Assembly: GCA_029258885.1 (NCBI GenBank)
Contig: JAPDJW010000002.1
Span: 192,001-256,000 of the forward strand
Direction of reading: 5' to 3'
DNA length: 64,000 nucleotides
Source of the DNA: Thermoproteota archaeon
GTDB taxonomy: Archaea > Thermoproteota > Thermoprotei > Thermofilales > B9-G17
Both the position numbers and the translations under genes were made by a program. The notes beneath the pieces were generated by a model that saw only the letters and a program-made list of their open reading frames with translations, was not told the DNA's origin and did no database searches. Shown here one piece after another: positions 38,182-47,251 of the stretch. Within the stretch, counting starts at the first letter, position 1; each line of letters begins with the position of its first letter.

Positions 38182-38436
38182 GAATGAAGCAGGCAACCAG
38201 GATAGCCTCGGTTGCCTGCAGAGGGAGAAGTAATGATGATCCCCGTAGGGTCGAGGGCCCAAACATCATTGAATTCATAGTTTGAAAGTACCGATGTCCT
38301 TCTTACGTCCTCCGGTAAAATGCGGAGGGAATTAATATCCCCCGGGGGAGCGGGCTCAACCATTATTCGGGGTTCACGGATATTTTCTGCCATAAACGGC
38401 TTCAACTGCTATCAGTACTCAGAAATTACATTGCTT
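38182..38436 (+). ncRNA. Candidate structured non-coding RNA, family not recognised
   Basis: BRE/TATA (AAAAG-TTTATAT, box 38152-58) upstream. Stems: GCAGGCAACC 38189-98/GGTTGCCTGC 38210-19; AATGATG 38232-38/CATCATT 38264-70; CCTCCG 38309-14/CGGAGG 38323-28. Confidence 0.4.
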
Positions 38437-38437
38437 A

Positions 38438-39319
38438 CTACGTCTTCTCTATTTTTTTCAGTGATGGGGTAGACCTCGACCCTACGGGTTCTCTGAATTC
38501 CGCTACTTTTGCTATCTCTATTAGATCATCCATGCTTAGCTCATATACTCTCTTACTAAGTATCCCTTCTATCTCATGGTAATTTACCTTTACACTAAGG
38601 TAATGCTTTAGAACTTTTGATAGTAGTTTATTCCTATAGGAGAATAGCATTCTAGTTATTTCAAATAGCTTTTCTTCTTGATCCTGAGTTAAGTTGTATT
38701 TACGCTTTACTTTAAGCTCTACAATGGCTGATTCTACTTTAGGTGGGGGTATGAAGCTTGAGGTAGGCAATATCCTTATAATCTTAGGCTCTGAGTAGTA
38801 TTGAACAAGAACAGTGAGCCTCCCATAATTTCTCGTTGAGGGCTGTGCTATCATTCTATATGCAAATTCCTTTTGAAGCGAGAGTACGGCAAGTCTAAAG
38901 CTACATTCCTTCAAAAGTTTAACAAGTATTTTGGAGGATATGTGGTAGGGAATATTTGAAACCACCTTATCGATGGGAGGGATTTTCAACCTAAGAAAAT
39001 CCCCACATATTATCTCCACGTTGCCATATTGCTTAAGTACTTCCTCAGAGGCTTTAACGAGTTTCTTATCTATTTCGATTGCGATAACTCTTTTAGCCTT
39101 CTCAGCGAGGAAGCTCGTTAATATGCCTAAGCCGCTGCCTATCTCAAGAACTACATCGTCTTTCTTAATCCTAGAAACCATTATACGTATGGCAGATGGA
39201 TCCACTATAAAGTTCTGACTAAGCCTCTTCCTAGGCCTTATGCCGTATTTCCTCATTAGGAACAGTGTTTTTCTAACTAGATATTCCCTAGTAACTGTGT
39301 CAAGCTTCATTCTTACCAA
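38438..39319 (-). CDS. rsmA: 16S rRNA adenine dimethyltransferase (KsgA/Dim1)
   Basis: LSQNFIVD, VLEIGSGLG, VSNIPYHIS and FIPPPKVESA motifs. Confidence 0.95.
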   Translation of the reverse strand: MVRMKLDTVTREYLVRKTLFLMRKYGIRPRKRLSQNFIVDPSAIRIMVSRIKKDDVVLEIGSGLGILTSFLAEKAKRVIAIEIDKKLVKASEEVLKQYGNVEIICGDFLRLKIPPIDKVVSNIPYHISSKILVKLLKECSFRLAVLSLQKEFAYRMIAQPSTRNYGRLTVLVQYYSEPKIIRILPTSSFIPPPKVESAIVELKVKRKYNLTQDQEEKLFEITRMLFSYRNKLLSKVLKHYLSVKVNYHEIEGILSKRVYELSMDDLIEIAKVAEFREPVGSRSTPSLKKIEKT

Positions 39320-39749
39320 CGTTCTCTAAGCCTTTACTCTCCATCTTTTCAAATAATTTAAGGTTTAATATAATGAATGTGAGAACGCTCGTAACTACAG
39401 CCGTTATATAAAAGCCTACGCCCACAGCCATCCCGATAGCTGTAACTATCCATAGGGTAGCTGCCGTAGTTAATCCTACAACCATGGCTCCCCTACGTAG
39501 AATTACGCCAGCACCTATAAAACCTATGCCAGCAACAACATACGATGCTATTCTCGAAGGATCTGAGCCGGGAAAGGCTATATATGATAGCGATGTAAAG
39601 AGGGTGGATCCCATACAAACCAGGATATGTGTTCTAAAGCCAGCCGGCTTATGTCTAACCTCCCTTTCCAGCCCTATGATCCCTCCAAGGATAGCTGCAA
39701 TCAACACCTTCTCAATAATCTCTATCTCAATGCTCGCCGTCTCTACCAT
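39300..39749 (-). CDS. MgtC/SapB-family membrane protein
   Basis: IGLERE, AGFRTHILV, DPSRIA, GIGFIGAG and GLTTAATLW motifs. Confidence 0.92.
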   Translation of the reverse strand: MVETASIEIEIIEKVLIAAILGGIIGLEREVRHKPAGFRTHILVCMGSTLFTSLSYIAFPGSDPSRIASYVVAGIGFIGAGVILRRGAMVVGLTTAATLWIVTAIGMAVGVGFYITAVVTSVLTFIILNLKLFEKMESKGLENVGKNEA

Positions 39750-39887
39750 GGATAAATAGTGTATAGTATGGTATTTATCTGTTCTATTTTTGAACTAAGG
39801 GATTGCCAGTTTTCTGTTCCACGTTCTACAGTTGTACGCTGGAAACCGTTTAATAGCTTCTCAAGAGTTTCTCACACGGTGATATTG

Positions 39888-40736
39888 TTGAGAAAGTATC
39901 TTATTCCGGCGTTAATTATAATTGCCGTAGTAGCGGCTGTTGGACTATTATTTCCGTTCAGGGAGCCCATTCAAGGCCCAGAAATAATATATCAGGGCGT
40001 TATTCTCCCAGTATATGCCGTGCCATACACGAGCGACGAGGGAACTACTACATATATATTCACACAAAACTTCAATACCCTACAGGACACAGAGCTACCA
40101 ACTATCTCGGTATCGGCTTCCTGGAGCATTGATGTTGAGACAAACATAGTCATCGTCTCATATACCGTTAGAGTTAGAGCATTAACGGCAAGCGAGGCCG
40201 TATCATCAGTAGCCGAGAAAATAAACAATATAGTAGATAAGCTGAAGTCCTTAGGCATCCCAGAGGATCAAATATATACCAAAAGATATTCGCTCAATCC
40301 AGTGTATGACTACGACGTAAGCCCACCGAAGCTGATCGGATACGAGGCGGAGCACACAATCTCAGTGGAATATACGGATAAGGAACTAGCTGCAAAAAGC
40401 ATAGATGAAGTATCATCCCTCGGTGTCACAAGTATATCAATAGCATTCACCATAAGCAAGGAGGACTTCATGAATGCGTATAAGGAAGCACTAGCTGCGG
40501 CTGTCAGCCAAGCCCTAGAGAAGGCGCAGGTTATAGCCAATGCGGCAAAAGTAAGGTTTGGGAGGATAATCTCAATAAGTGAGGTGGGATACACCTCCAT
40601 CCCGAGGACAGGTATAGCGCTAGCTGAAGCCGGAAAGGGCACCCAATTTTATAGGACAGAACTAGGAATTACGGCATCTGTTACTCTCGTCATAGAGATA
40701 ATTCAGGACTACGTCGTAGAGATATTTCAGGACTAG
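39888..40736 (+). CDS. SIMPL (DUF541) domain protein with signal/anchor
   Basis: LKSLGIPEDQIYT..YSLNPVYDY, GYEAEH.ISV and ALAAAV..A..KA..IA motifs. Start moved from 39759 to TTG ~39888, after GGTGA at 39878-82. Confidence 0.85.
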   Translation: MRKYLIPALIIIAVVAAVGLLFPFREPIQGPEIIYQGVILPVYAVPYTSDEGTTTYIFTQNFNTLQDTELPTISVSASWSIDVETNIVIVSYTVRVRALTASEAVSSVAEKINNIVDKLKSLGIPEDQIYTKRYSLNPVYDYDVSPPKLIGYEAEHTISVEYTDKELAAKSIDEVSSLGVTSISIAFTISKEDFMNAYKEALAAAVSQALEKAQVIANAAKVRFGRIISISEVGYTSIPRTGIALAEAGKGTQFYRTELGITASVTLVIEIIQDYVVEIFQD

Positions 40737-41568
40737 ATGATAAATAATCTAAAACTTTTTTCGCTTTTCTTTTAAGCTGTATCATCCTGCATCTGGGAAT
40801 ACCTATGCTCATACTTGGATCAATTTTAGTTAAATCCATTAGGAGGATGATTCCGGAGTCTAAAAGCTTATACATCTCCTCGTTATCGAGGTTCTTTAAG
40901 ATCGACACCGGATATAGGTGACCTTTTCTAATAATATCCTCTATACCTCTACTTTTTGGATATCTCCACGCCATCAGCTTAATTCCCTTACATTCCGCAA
41001 ACCTAATAGCATGTTCAGTAAACTTAGTATTGCATACAATAATAACTCCAGCCGGGTTAATAGTGTGTATTCCCTCCCTAAATCCCTCGACTATATCCAT
41101 ATATTTGGAGAATATTGCCATTACATCCTCAAGTTTAGTATACGTATGAGGATTGGAATGATGCTTAGCCTCAACTATATATACTTCGCCATTACTGTAG
41201 GCTAGCCCGTCCACATCATACTCCAAGCATTTACCTTTAATCATTAAATTAGGTTTAGTTTTAAAGCCTATACTCCTAAGCAGAATTCTAGCATACACTT
41301 CGAAATCAGGCTTAGACCTAAGCCTACCTAGAGCAGAGCGTAGATCAACTATTTCCAGGAATATAGGCTCTACCTTAGCAAGCTCCTCAAAGACTATATC
41401 CAGTAGCTCCCTCGTAGATATGCCATCATACGCACGCCTCTCCACCAGCAGGGAAACTCTACGTGCAACATCATCCGGTACACCAAGTTTAATACAGGTA
41501 TACTCTATCTTCCTTCTATCAAAAGGCTCCCTTCTACCATCACGCTTTAAAACATATTTAACATTAAT
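40690..41568 (-). CDS. ATP-cone domain fused to an Mrr-like PD-(D/E)xK nuclease domain
   Basis: The frame stays open upstream of the called GTG 41445, to 41571: INVKYVLKRDGRREPFDRRKI (ATP cone). Nuclease motif DVDG...IVEAKHH. No ATG/GTG/TTG lies 5' of the cone, so the start is probably ATT 41568. Confidence 0.75.
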   Translation of the reverse strand: MNVKYVLKRDGRREPFDRRKIEYTCIKLGVPDDVARRVSLLVERRAYDGISTRELLDIVFEELAKVEPIFLEIVDLRSALGRLRSKPDFEVYARILLRSIGFKTKPNLMIKGKCLEYDVDGLAYSNGEVYIVEAKHHSNPHTYTKLEDVMAIFSKYMDIVEGFREGIHTINPAGVIIVCNTKFTEHAIRFAECKGIKLMAWRYPKSRGIEDIIRKGHLYPVSILKNLDNEEMYKLLDSGIILLMDLTKIDPSMSIGIPRCRMIQLKRKAKKVLDYLSSSPEISLRRSPELSL

Positions 41569-41802
41569 GATTCATCACCGCATCAGCCGCCCAACGGCTC
41601 CTCACAACTCAGCCAATTAAAATTTATAGAAAGTGGAAATTAAAGCTTTAATGATCAGATATCCAGCCTGATAGAGCTTAAATTTCCAGTAATTAAAATT
41701 TGTTTAAATATATAACGATTACTAAATTACATAAAAATATTTTAAATTAAAGAAAAAAATAGGGTTAAGAGGATACGCCAAAAATGAATTTAATAAAAAT
41801 GG

Positions 41803-42375
41803 ATGGTCTGCAAAAACGACATATATATATCGAAAAATCATAAAAATTATATTGATATGTGTAGAGAATCTTTATTATTGAGTATTGCCTTAATATTAAT
41901 TCTTGCAATGCCTTTTGTAACATACAGTATACCAACTAATCTATGTGAATGTACTACTGCTGGCGATGATGAGCATTGTGTAGAGGATATTAAGTGTAAC
42001 GAGTATCGTGTTAATTATCCATATCCTAATGTATCATGGGCTGTTGTTTGTGCAAAAGCAAAGCTTTGCTATGCTTATTGTGTGTGTGCATATTGTGAAT
42101 CGCGTAGGGAGTATGGTGGATACTGTGAACCTCTGGGTCCCACAATTTTAAGATATAAAATTAAACGTAAATATGGAGGAATACTAGAGGGTGAAGTGAA
42201 AAGTTCCGCCGCATATCCCGATATAGCATGGATTGTTTCATATTGGGGCTTTGGGCACGAGTGGGCGAAATCCCAGGGAGAGTCCAGTTTTCGAGATAAC
42301 TTTGCTCTTGATCCTCCAGCTAATGAATTCGTTCTAATAACATCTTGGGCATATATTTCTTGCCCGGGTGATTAA
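41803..42375 (+). CDS. Secreted cysteine-rich hypothetical protein
   Basis: Signal-peptide-like LLLSIALILILAMPFVTYS followed by 11 Cys in the mature part. Confidence 0.7.
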   Translation: MVCKNDIYISKNHKNYIDMCRESLLLSIALILILAMPFVTYSIPTNLCECTTAGDDEHCVEDIKCNEYRVNYPYPNVSWAVVCAKAKLCYAYCVCAYCESRREYGGYCEPLGPTILRYKIKRKYGGILEGEVKSSAAYPDIAWIVSYWGFGHEWAKSQGESSFRDNFALDPPANEFVLITSWAYISCPGD

Positions 42376-42380
42376 AAGTC

Positions 42381-43496
42381 ATGAAAATAGGAGTAAAGTA
42401 TATTATAAGGTTAATAGCCATAGCATTAGTATTCTGCTTATTTATCAATACTATTAAGATTGTTTCCGCATATTACTCGGGTGTCCCTCATTGGCTTAGA
42501 GAGGGGGCCTACGCTATCTACAAAATAGAGCACATAAGTGAAATAATGTTCTTAAATGGTACATGGATGGATTTCCGTCCACCCACAAGGTCGGGTTATT
42601 TAAAGTGGTCTGTGGATAAAGTGGTCGGCGACTATGCCCATATAACCGTAGAGCTTCATATAGAGCTTAATAACACTAAGGTAGTGGAGTATAGGGGTTT
42701 TGAGGTACCGCTTCAGGAAGTCGGGAGCAGACTCATTAAAAGTGGTGTAATAAACCTTAAGGCTAATGTGAAGGTTAACGTTAAGACTAGGGATGTGTAC
42801 TTGAATGGTGTAAAGGTTGGTAGAACTGGCTTCTGGCTTCCGTTAGGCTCCCTATATAACGGCTCGAGTATAAGGCCTGGTGAGGTGTTTAATCATCCTC
42901 AAGTTAGGGTTGTGCTTAGGGGACCTATATCACTAAAATATGGTGATGAAGGCTGGTTTTACGTATATACCCCCGAAATAGACCCTAATGACAGCATGTA
43001 TGTTCTCTGCATACACGTAAATATGGTGAATGCTACGCTGGGCTATAAGCAGAAATTTGAGGGGTACGATTTCGAGGTGGTTAATGTAACATACGTCCCC
43101 GAGCGTAACGTAACAATTGTTGCAGTTAGGTGGTACTTTGAGAAGGATGCTATAACTATAATAGGAACAGAACTGAAGGGTAATTATGAGAATAAACCGT
43201 TTAACTGGGAGTTTATAATCAAGAATATTCGAGGTCCTAGCGGACGTTACTACTATGATCCAACTTCAGGACTTGCATTAATAGCTGAAATAGGAAGAGC
43301 GGGAGAGATCTGCGTGGGAGGCGATGGTTTAACGGCAGGACTAGGATTAAGGGTATTTGATGGAGTGCTGATATTATCTAGCACAAATATTCCCTTAATA
43401 CAAAACGAAATCTTCCAGTTCGCCGTTATCAGCGGGGCGATAATAGCTACAATAATCATAGATAGAAGGATCACAGTGAGGAGATCAGTAAATTAA
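42381..43496 (+). CDS. Hypothetical exported protein with C-terminal membrane anchor
   Basis: Signal peptide, VPHWLREGAYAIY start of the mature region, beta-rich body, C-terminal TM followed by RR. Confidence 0.75.
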   Translation: MKIGVKYIIRLIAIALVFCLFINTIKIVSAYYSGVPHWLREGAYAIYKIEHISEIMFLNGTWMDFRPPTRSGYLKWSVDKVVGDYAHITVELHIELNNTKVVEYRGFEVPLQEVGSRLIKSGVINLKANVKVNVKTRDVYLNGVKVGRTGFWLPLGSLYNGSSIRPGEVFNHPQVRVVLRGPISLKYGDEGWFYVYTPEIDPNDSMYVLCIHVNMVNATLGYKQKFEGYDFEVVNVTYVPERNVTIVAVRWYFEKDAITIIGTELKGNYENKPFNWEFIIKNIRGPSGRYYYDPTSGLALIAEIGRAGEICVGGDGLTAGLGLRVFDGVLILSSTNIPLIQNEIFQFAVISGAIIATIIIDRRITVRRSVN

Positions 43497-43616
43497 TAAA
43501 ATAATTTTTAATTTTTTATTTTAATATGCCAACTTTACCTACATTTACAATCGGCGGTTTGTCGTTGCGATTAAATTTATAGAGAGAGGAAAATTAAAAC
43601 TTAACTCGTGAGTTAA

Positions 43617-44372
43617 ATGTTTGATCCAATAGAGCTTACCGAGAAGATACGTGAGCTTGTAGTCCGCGGCAATATGAGGAAGTACTATAGGGTTGCTAGG
43701 GGAGGAAGGTGGTATGGAGGAATAAGTACTGCCGACTGCGTTGGATGTAATCTAAAGTGCGTCTTCTGCTGGAGCGGGCGCCCTAGGGATAGGCCGGATA
43801 AGGTCGGAAGATTCTACACGCCAGAGCAGATATTTAGTGCTCTGGATAGAGTGGCTAGAAGGAGAGGATATAGGCTGCTAAGAGTTAGTGGAAACGAGCC
43901 AACTATAGGGAAGAGACACCTATTGGAGCTGCTCGAGTTTGTAGAGCAGTCCAACTACCAGTTCATACTGGAGACTAACGGCATATTAATAGGATACGAT
44001 AAAAGCTATGCTAAAGCTTTATCCAAGTACAGTAGAGTGCACGTTAGAGTATCCCTAAAGGGGACGTCTGAGGACGAGTTCTCCAGGCTTACTGGTGCAA
44101 AGCCTGAGTTCTTCAGCTATCAGCTGAAGGCTCTTGAAAACCTCCTAGACTATGGAGTTAGTTGTCATCCAGCTGTAATGTTATCGTTCTCAACAAAAGG
44201 TAGCCTAAGGAAGCTGTTGTTTAGGCTTGAGGAAATAGATAGGGTTTTAGTTGAGGATTTTGAGGAGGAGTACGTGTTCCTTTATCCGCACGTTGTCGAA
44301 AGACTGAAGAAGGCTGGAATAAAGCCATTGATAGCTTTTTCTCCAAATAATATCCCTAAGGAGCTAATCTAG
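43617..44372 (+). CDS. Radical SAM protein (archaeal COG5014-like)
   Basis: CVGCNLKCVFCWS (CxxxCxxC), RVSGNEP and LETNG motifs. Confidence 0.9.
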   Translation: MFDPIELTEKIRELVVRGNMRKYYRVARGGRWYGGISTADCVGCNLKCVFCWSGRPRDRPDKVGRFYTPEQIFSALDRVARRRGYRLLRVSGNEPTIGKRHLLELLEFVEQSNYQFILETNGILIGYDKSYAKALSKYSRVHVRVSLKGTSEDEFSRLTGAKPEFFSYQLKALENLLDYGVSCHPAVMLSFSTKGSLRKLLFRLEEIDRVLVEDFEEEYVFLYPHVVERLKKAGIKPLIAFSPNNIPKELI

Positions 44373-46586
44373 CCTTTTCCTTGTATGGAAGATAAACCTT
44401 ACATTAATCTTTTTAGTGAATTTCGCCCTTGCTTTTAAAGCTGTATCATCATACTGCATCAGAATGTCTCCTTCAAAATCGTCATCATACACGTGGTACG
44501 CGTATTCTCCTGCCTTCTCCGGCTCGTATATATGTACCACTAGCCTCCCTACGGGATGCTCACCGATGTAGTTCGGTGCCTTGTCTAGCATTGGTACTAT
44601 TGCCCCAGCCCTAACGTATATAGGCATCTTGTTTAATGGCGCCTCGACACGTAGCCATCTTCCACCTCTAATCACCTTATCGCTCCAGAAGTCGTACCAT
44701 AGTCCTTCAGGCAGATAAACGTCACTCTCGCACTCCCTGTTCATGACGGGAGCTACAAGCATAAACCTGCCGAAATAGAATTCATAATCGATATTTTTAA
44801 CCGCAGGATCCCTCGGATGCACAGTTACGAGGGGCTTAACCAGCGGCTCGCCAACATCAACACAGTACTTTGCCTCAGAGTATATGTAGGGAAGCAGCCT
44901 ATACCTCAGTTCAATAAATTTCTTAGCTATAACTTCAGCTTCCACGCCGTACTCCCAAGGCTCCCTAGGAGAGGTACCGTGAGCCCTCGAGTGAGATACA
45001 AACAATCCTGCCTGAAGCCATCTGACGTAGAGGTCGGGGTCAGGCTTGCCTATAAATCCGCCTATATCGAAGGATGAGAAAACAGCTCCGCTACACGAAT
45101 AGCTTAACACGCCCCTTACTGATGTATACAGGTCCTGCCACGTCGAATAAGTATCCCCACCCCACTGGACGGGATACTTCTGTATTCCCGTATATCCCGA
45201 CCTACCCCAGACCAGCCCAACGCCATATACCTCTTCAACTGCTTCATAGACCGTAGATTGATAGAGTAGTGGATACAGGTTATGCATCTTCTCCCCCTCC
45301 TCACCGTTCGAATATACGGCATCAGCAGGCGCAGCTTCACCGTAATCCGACTTAAAGACGGCAACGCCCATCTTAAGCAACTCCTTAAGTTTATCCTTAA
45401 GGAACTCCCTAGCTTCAGGCATAGTTAAGTCTAAAAGCCCAGCACCAAGCTTCTTCTGACAACATTGGTCGGGAGTAGCTATGCTTCCATCTCTCCTCTT
45501 CAATAATAGTCCTCTCTCACAAGCCTCATTAAACAGCTTGCTTCCAGGCTCTAGGTATGGATTAATCCATAAACACAGTTTAAACCCCATTTCCTTTAAC
45601 TCGTTAATCATCCGCTGGGGATCCGGGAACTCCTGTCTATCCCACTCAAGGCATATAACGTCGTTTCTAAGCCTCCTCCAGACACCCATCCAAGGTGGAT
45701 CGATGTGTATAACATCACATGGAATATTCTTCTCCCTAAACTTTCTGGCTACCTCAAGCACCTCCTTCTGGTTCATGTAGGAGCATCTACTAATCCAGAA
45801 CCCAAAGCTCCACTTAGGGGGAAGCCTAGGCCATCCAGACACCCTATAATACTTCCTTATGATGCCCAAGGGATCGTCGTCCAGAAATAGGTAGTAGTCA
45901 AGCTTTTCATCCCTAACTACAATAGTTAAAATACCGTAGTGGAAGTGTCCAACGTCAAAGTAGCTTGGAGCAGACGTATTAAGCAGAATGCCGTAGCCCC
46001 TAGTACTCCAGATAAAGGGTATCGGTATGTACGTTGAAATGCTTGGCGTACATGGACTATCCACGCTATAACAGTAGAATTCTTGGCCACGCTTATTTAA
46101 TGGACCGAAGTTCTCTCCAAGACCATAGAGGGCTTCATCATTCTCAAGATATAGCGATAAAGTCCAGACTTCACCCTTAACTGTACGTCCGAGGCCTGTG
46201 GAGCTTACCCTAAAGCCGTACATAGGTATATGTTCTCCATTAAACCCACATTCCCTTAATATCAGCCTATCTCCCTTAGTGACCATGAGCCTGAAGGGTT
46301 TAAACGATACCCTAACCGTATAATCTCCGAGGCTAATATCGTATGTTTCCCTATCAGCATTCTCCTCAAACTGTCCCTTAAATTTCTCAATAGTAATCCT
46401 TAGTATCCCTTCATCCACCTTTCTCAGAAACACCCTAGCATCATAGTCCAAGTCCTTAAGCTCCACTATAAACATGTAGCTTCCTGAATCTATACTGTAT
46501 CTTAAAACCTTGTCCAATGGAAATATTTCAGTTGGCTCGAAATAGCTTCTCGGGATAAGCCTATTTGGATAGAAATATGATCTCAT
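44364..46586 (-). CDS. GH31 glycosidase (alpha-xylosidase YicI-like / alpha-glucosidase)
   Basis: YGLGE, PPKWSFG.W.SR, HIDPPW, FKSDYGE nucleophile, QWGGD, FDIGGF and ELRYRLLPYIY motifs. Confidence 0.92.
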   Translation of the reverse strand: MRSYFYPNRLIPRSYFEPTEIFPLDKVLRYSIDSGSYMFIVELKDLDYDARVFLRKVDEGILRITIEKFKGQFEENADRETYDISLGDYTVRVSFKPFRLMVTKGDRLILRECGFNGEHIPMYGFRVSSTGLGRTVKGEVWTLSLYLENDEALYGLGENFGPLNKRGQEFYCYSVDSPCTPSISTYIPIPFIWSTRGYGILLNTSAPSYFDVGHFHYGILTIVVRDEKLDYYLFLDDDPLGIIRKYYRVSGWPRLPPKWSFGFWISRCSYMNQKEVLEVARKFREKNIPCDVIHIDPPWMGVWRRLRNDVICLEWDRQEFPDPQRMINELKEMGFKLCLWINPYLEPGSKLFNEACERGLLLKRRDGSIATPDQCCQKKLGAGLLDLTMPEAREFLKDKLKELLKMGVAVFKSDYGEAAPADAVYSNGEEGEKMHNLYPLLYQSTVYEAVEEVYGVGLVWGRSGYTGIQKYPVQWGGDTYSTWQDLYTSVRGVLSYSCSGAVFSSFDIGGFIGKPDPDLYVRWLQAGLFVSHSRAHGTSPREPWEYGVEAEVIAKKFIELRYRLLPYIYSEAKYCVDVGEPLVKPLVTVHPRDPAVKNIDYEFYFGRFMLVAPVMNRECESDVYLPEGLWYDFWSDKVIRGGRWLRVEAPLNKMPIYVRAGAIVPMLDKAPNYIGEHPVGRLVVHIYEPEKAGEYAYHVYDDDFEGDILMQYDDTALKARAKFTKKINVRFIFHTRKRLD

Positions 46587-46606
46587 AATAGCATTAACTG
46601 TCGATA

Positions 46607-47251
46607 ATGTATAAAAAGCTATTACCTAAATTAAGATACGTGAGAATAATAGTTGCATCATCCTCCAAGAATAGAGTGACGTTGCTGAGAAGTATAGGAC
46701 TATATTTTATAGAATTCGTGGATAGCGGCGTTAAGGAGAGCAGTGACAGCGATAGTCCGTATAAAATAGCTGTTAATAACGCCTTAAGGAAGGCTAAAGC
46801 AGTAGCGGCTAAAGTAAAGGACGCTATAGTCATAGGAGTTGATACCATAGTATACATTAATGGTGAGGTCTTAGGGAAGCCTAAAAGCGTAGAGGAAGCT
46901 GAGGATATGCTCAGGAAGCTACGTGGACGAAAACATAAGGTTATCTCCGGAATTGCTATTATTGACAGCGATACGGGAAGGCTTGTAACAGACTATGAGG
47001 AAACAACAGTCTATGTTAAGGAGTTATCTGATGAAGCGATTAAAAACTACGTATTAACGGGAGAACCTCTAGGCAAGGCTGGAGGCTACGGTATTCAAGG
47101 ATTAGGTTCGTTCATAATAGATAGAATAGAGGGTTGCTACTATAATGTCGTAGGCTTTCCACTAACTAAAGTAAACGATATTCTAGTTAAACATTTCAAT
47201 ATAGATCTTATCAAGGAATATCTAAGACATACAGGAAGGAATCCTATTTAA
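46607..47251 (+). CDS. maf: Maf-family nucleoside triphosphate pyrophosphatase
   Basis: ASSSKNR, IGVDTIV, GKPKS, GKAGGYGIQG and NVVGFP motifs. Confidence 0.93.
   Translation: MYKKLLPKLRYVRIIVASSSKNRVTLLRSIGLYFIEFVDSGVKESSDSDSPYKIAVNNALRKAKAVAAKVKDAIVIGVDTIVYINGEVLGKPKSVEEAEDMLRKLRGRKHKVISGIAIIDSDTGRLVTDYEETTVYVKELSDEAIKNYVLTGEPLGKAGGYGIQGLGSFIIDRIEGCYYNVVGFPLTKVNDILVKHFNIDLIKEYLRHTGRNPI

Noticed and set aside
38133-38405. 90-aa minus-strand ORF (MKPFMAENIREP...)
   Set aside because: No recognisable motif, and it coincides with strong hairpins and a plus-strand promoter. Treated as a non-coding candidate instead.
38182-38436. RNase P or SRP RNA interpretation
   Set aside because: GAAAGUACC and CGGCUU only loosely resemble P4 and do not pair cleanly. 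There is no GAGGAAAGUCC after the first hairpin and no SRP helix-8 motif.
43617-44372. Radical SAM protein as the NrdG activase
   Set aside because: It is not adjacent to nrdD and its sequence fits the archaeal COG5014-like family. An activase role cannot be supported from the sequence.
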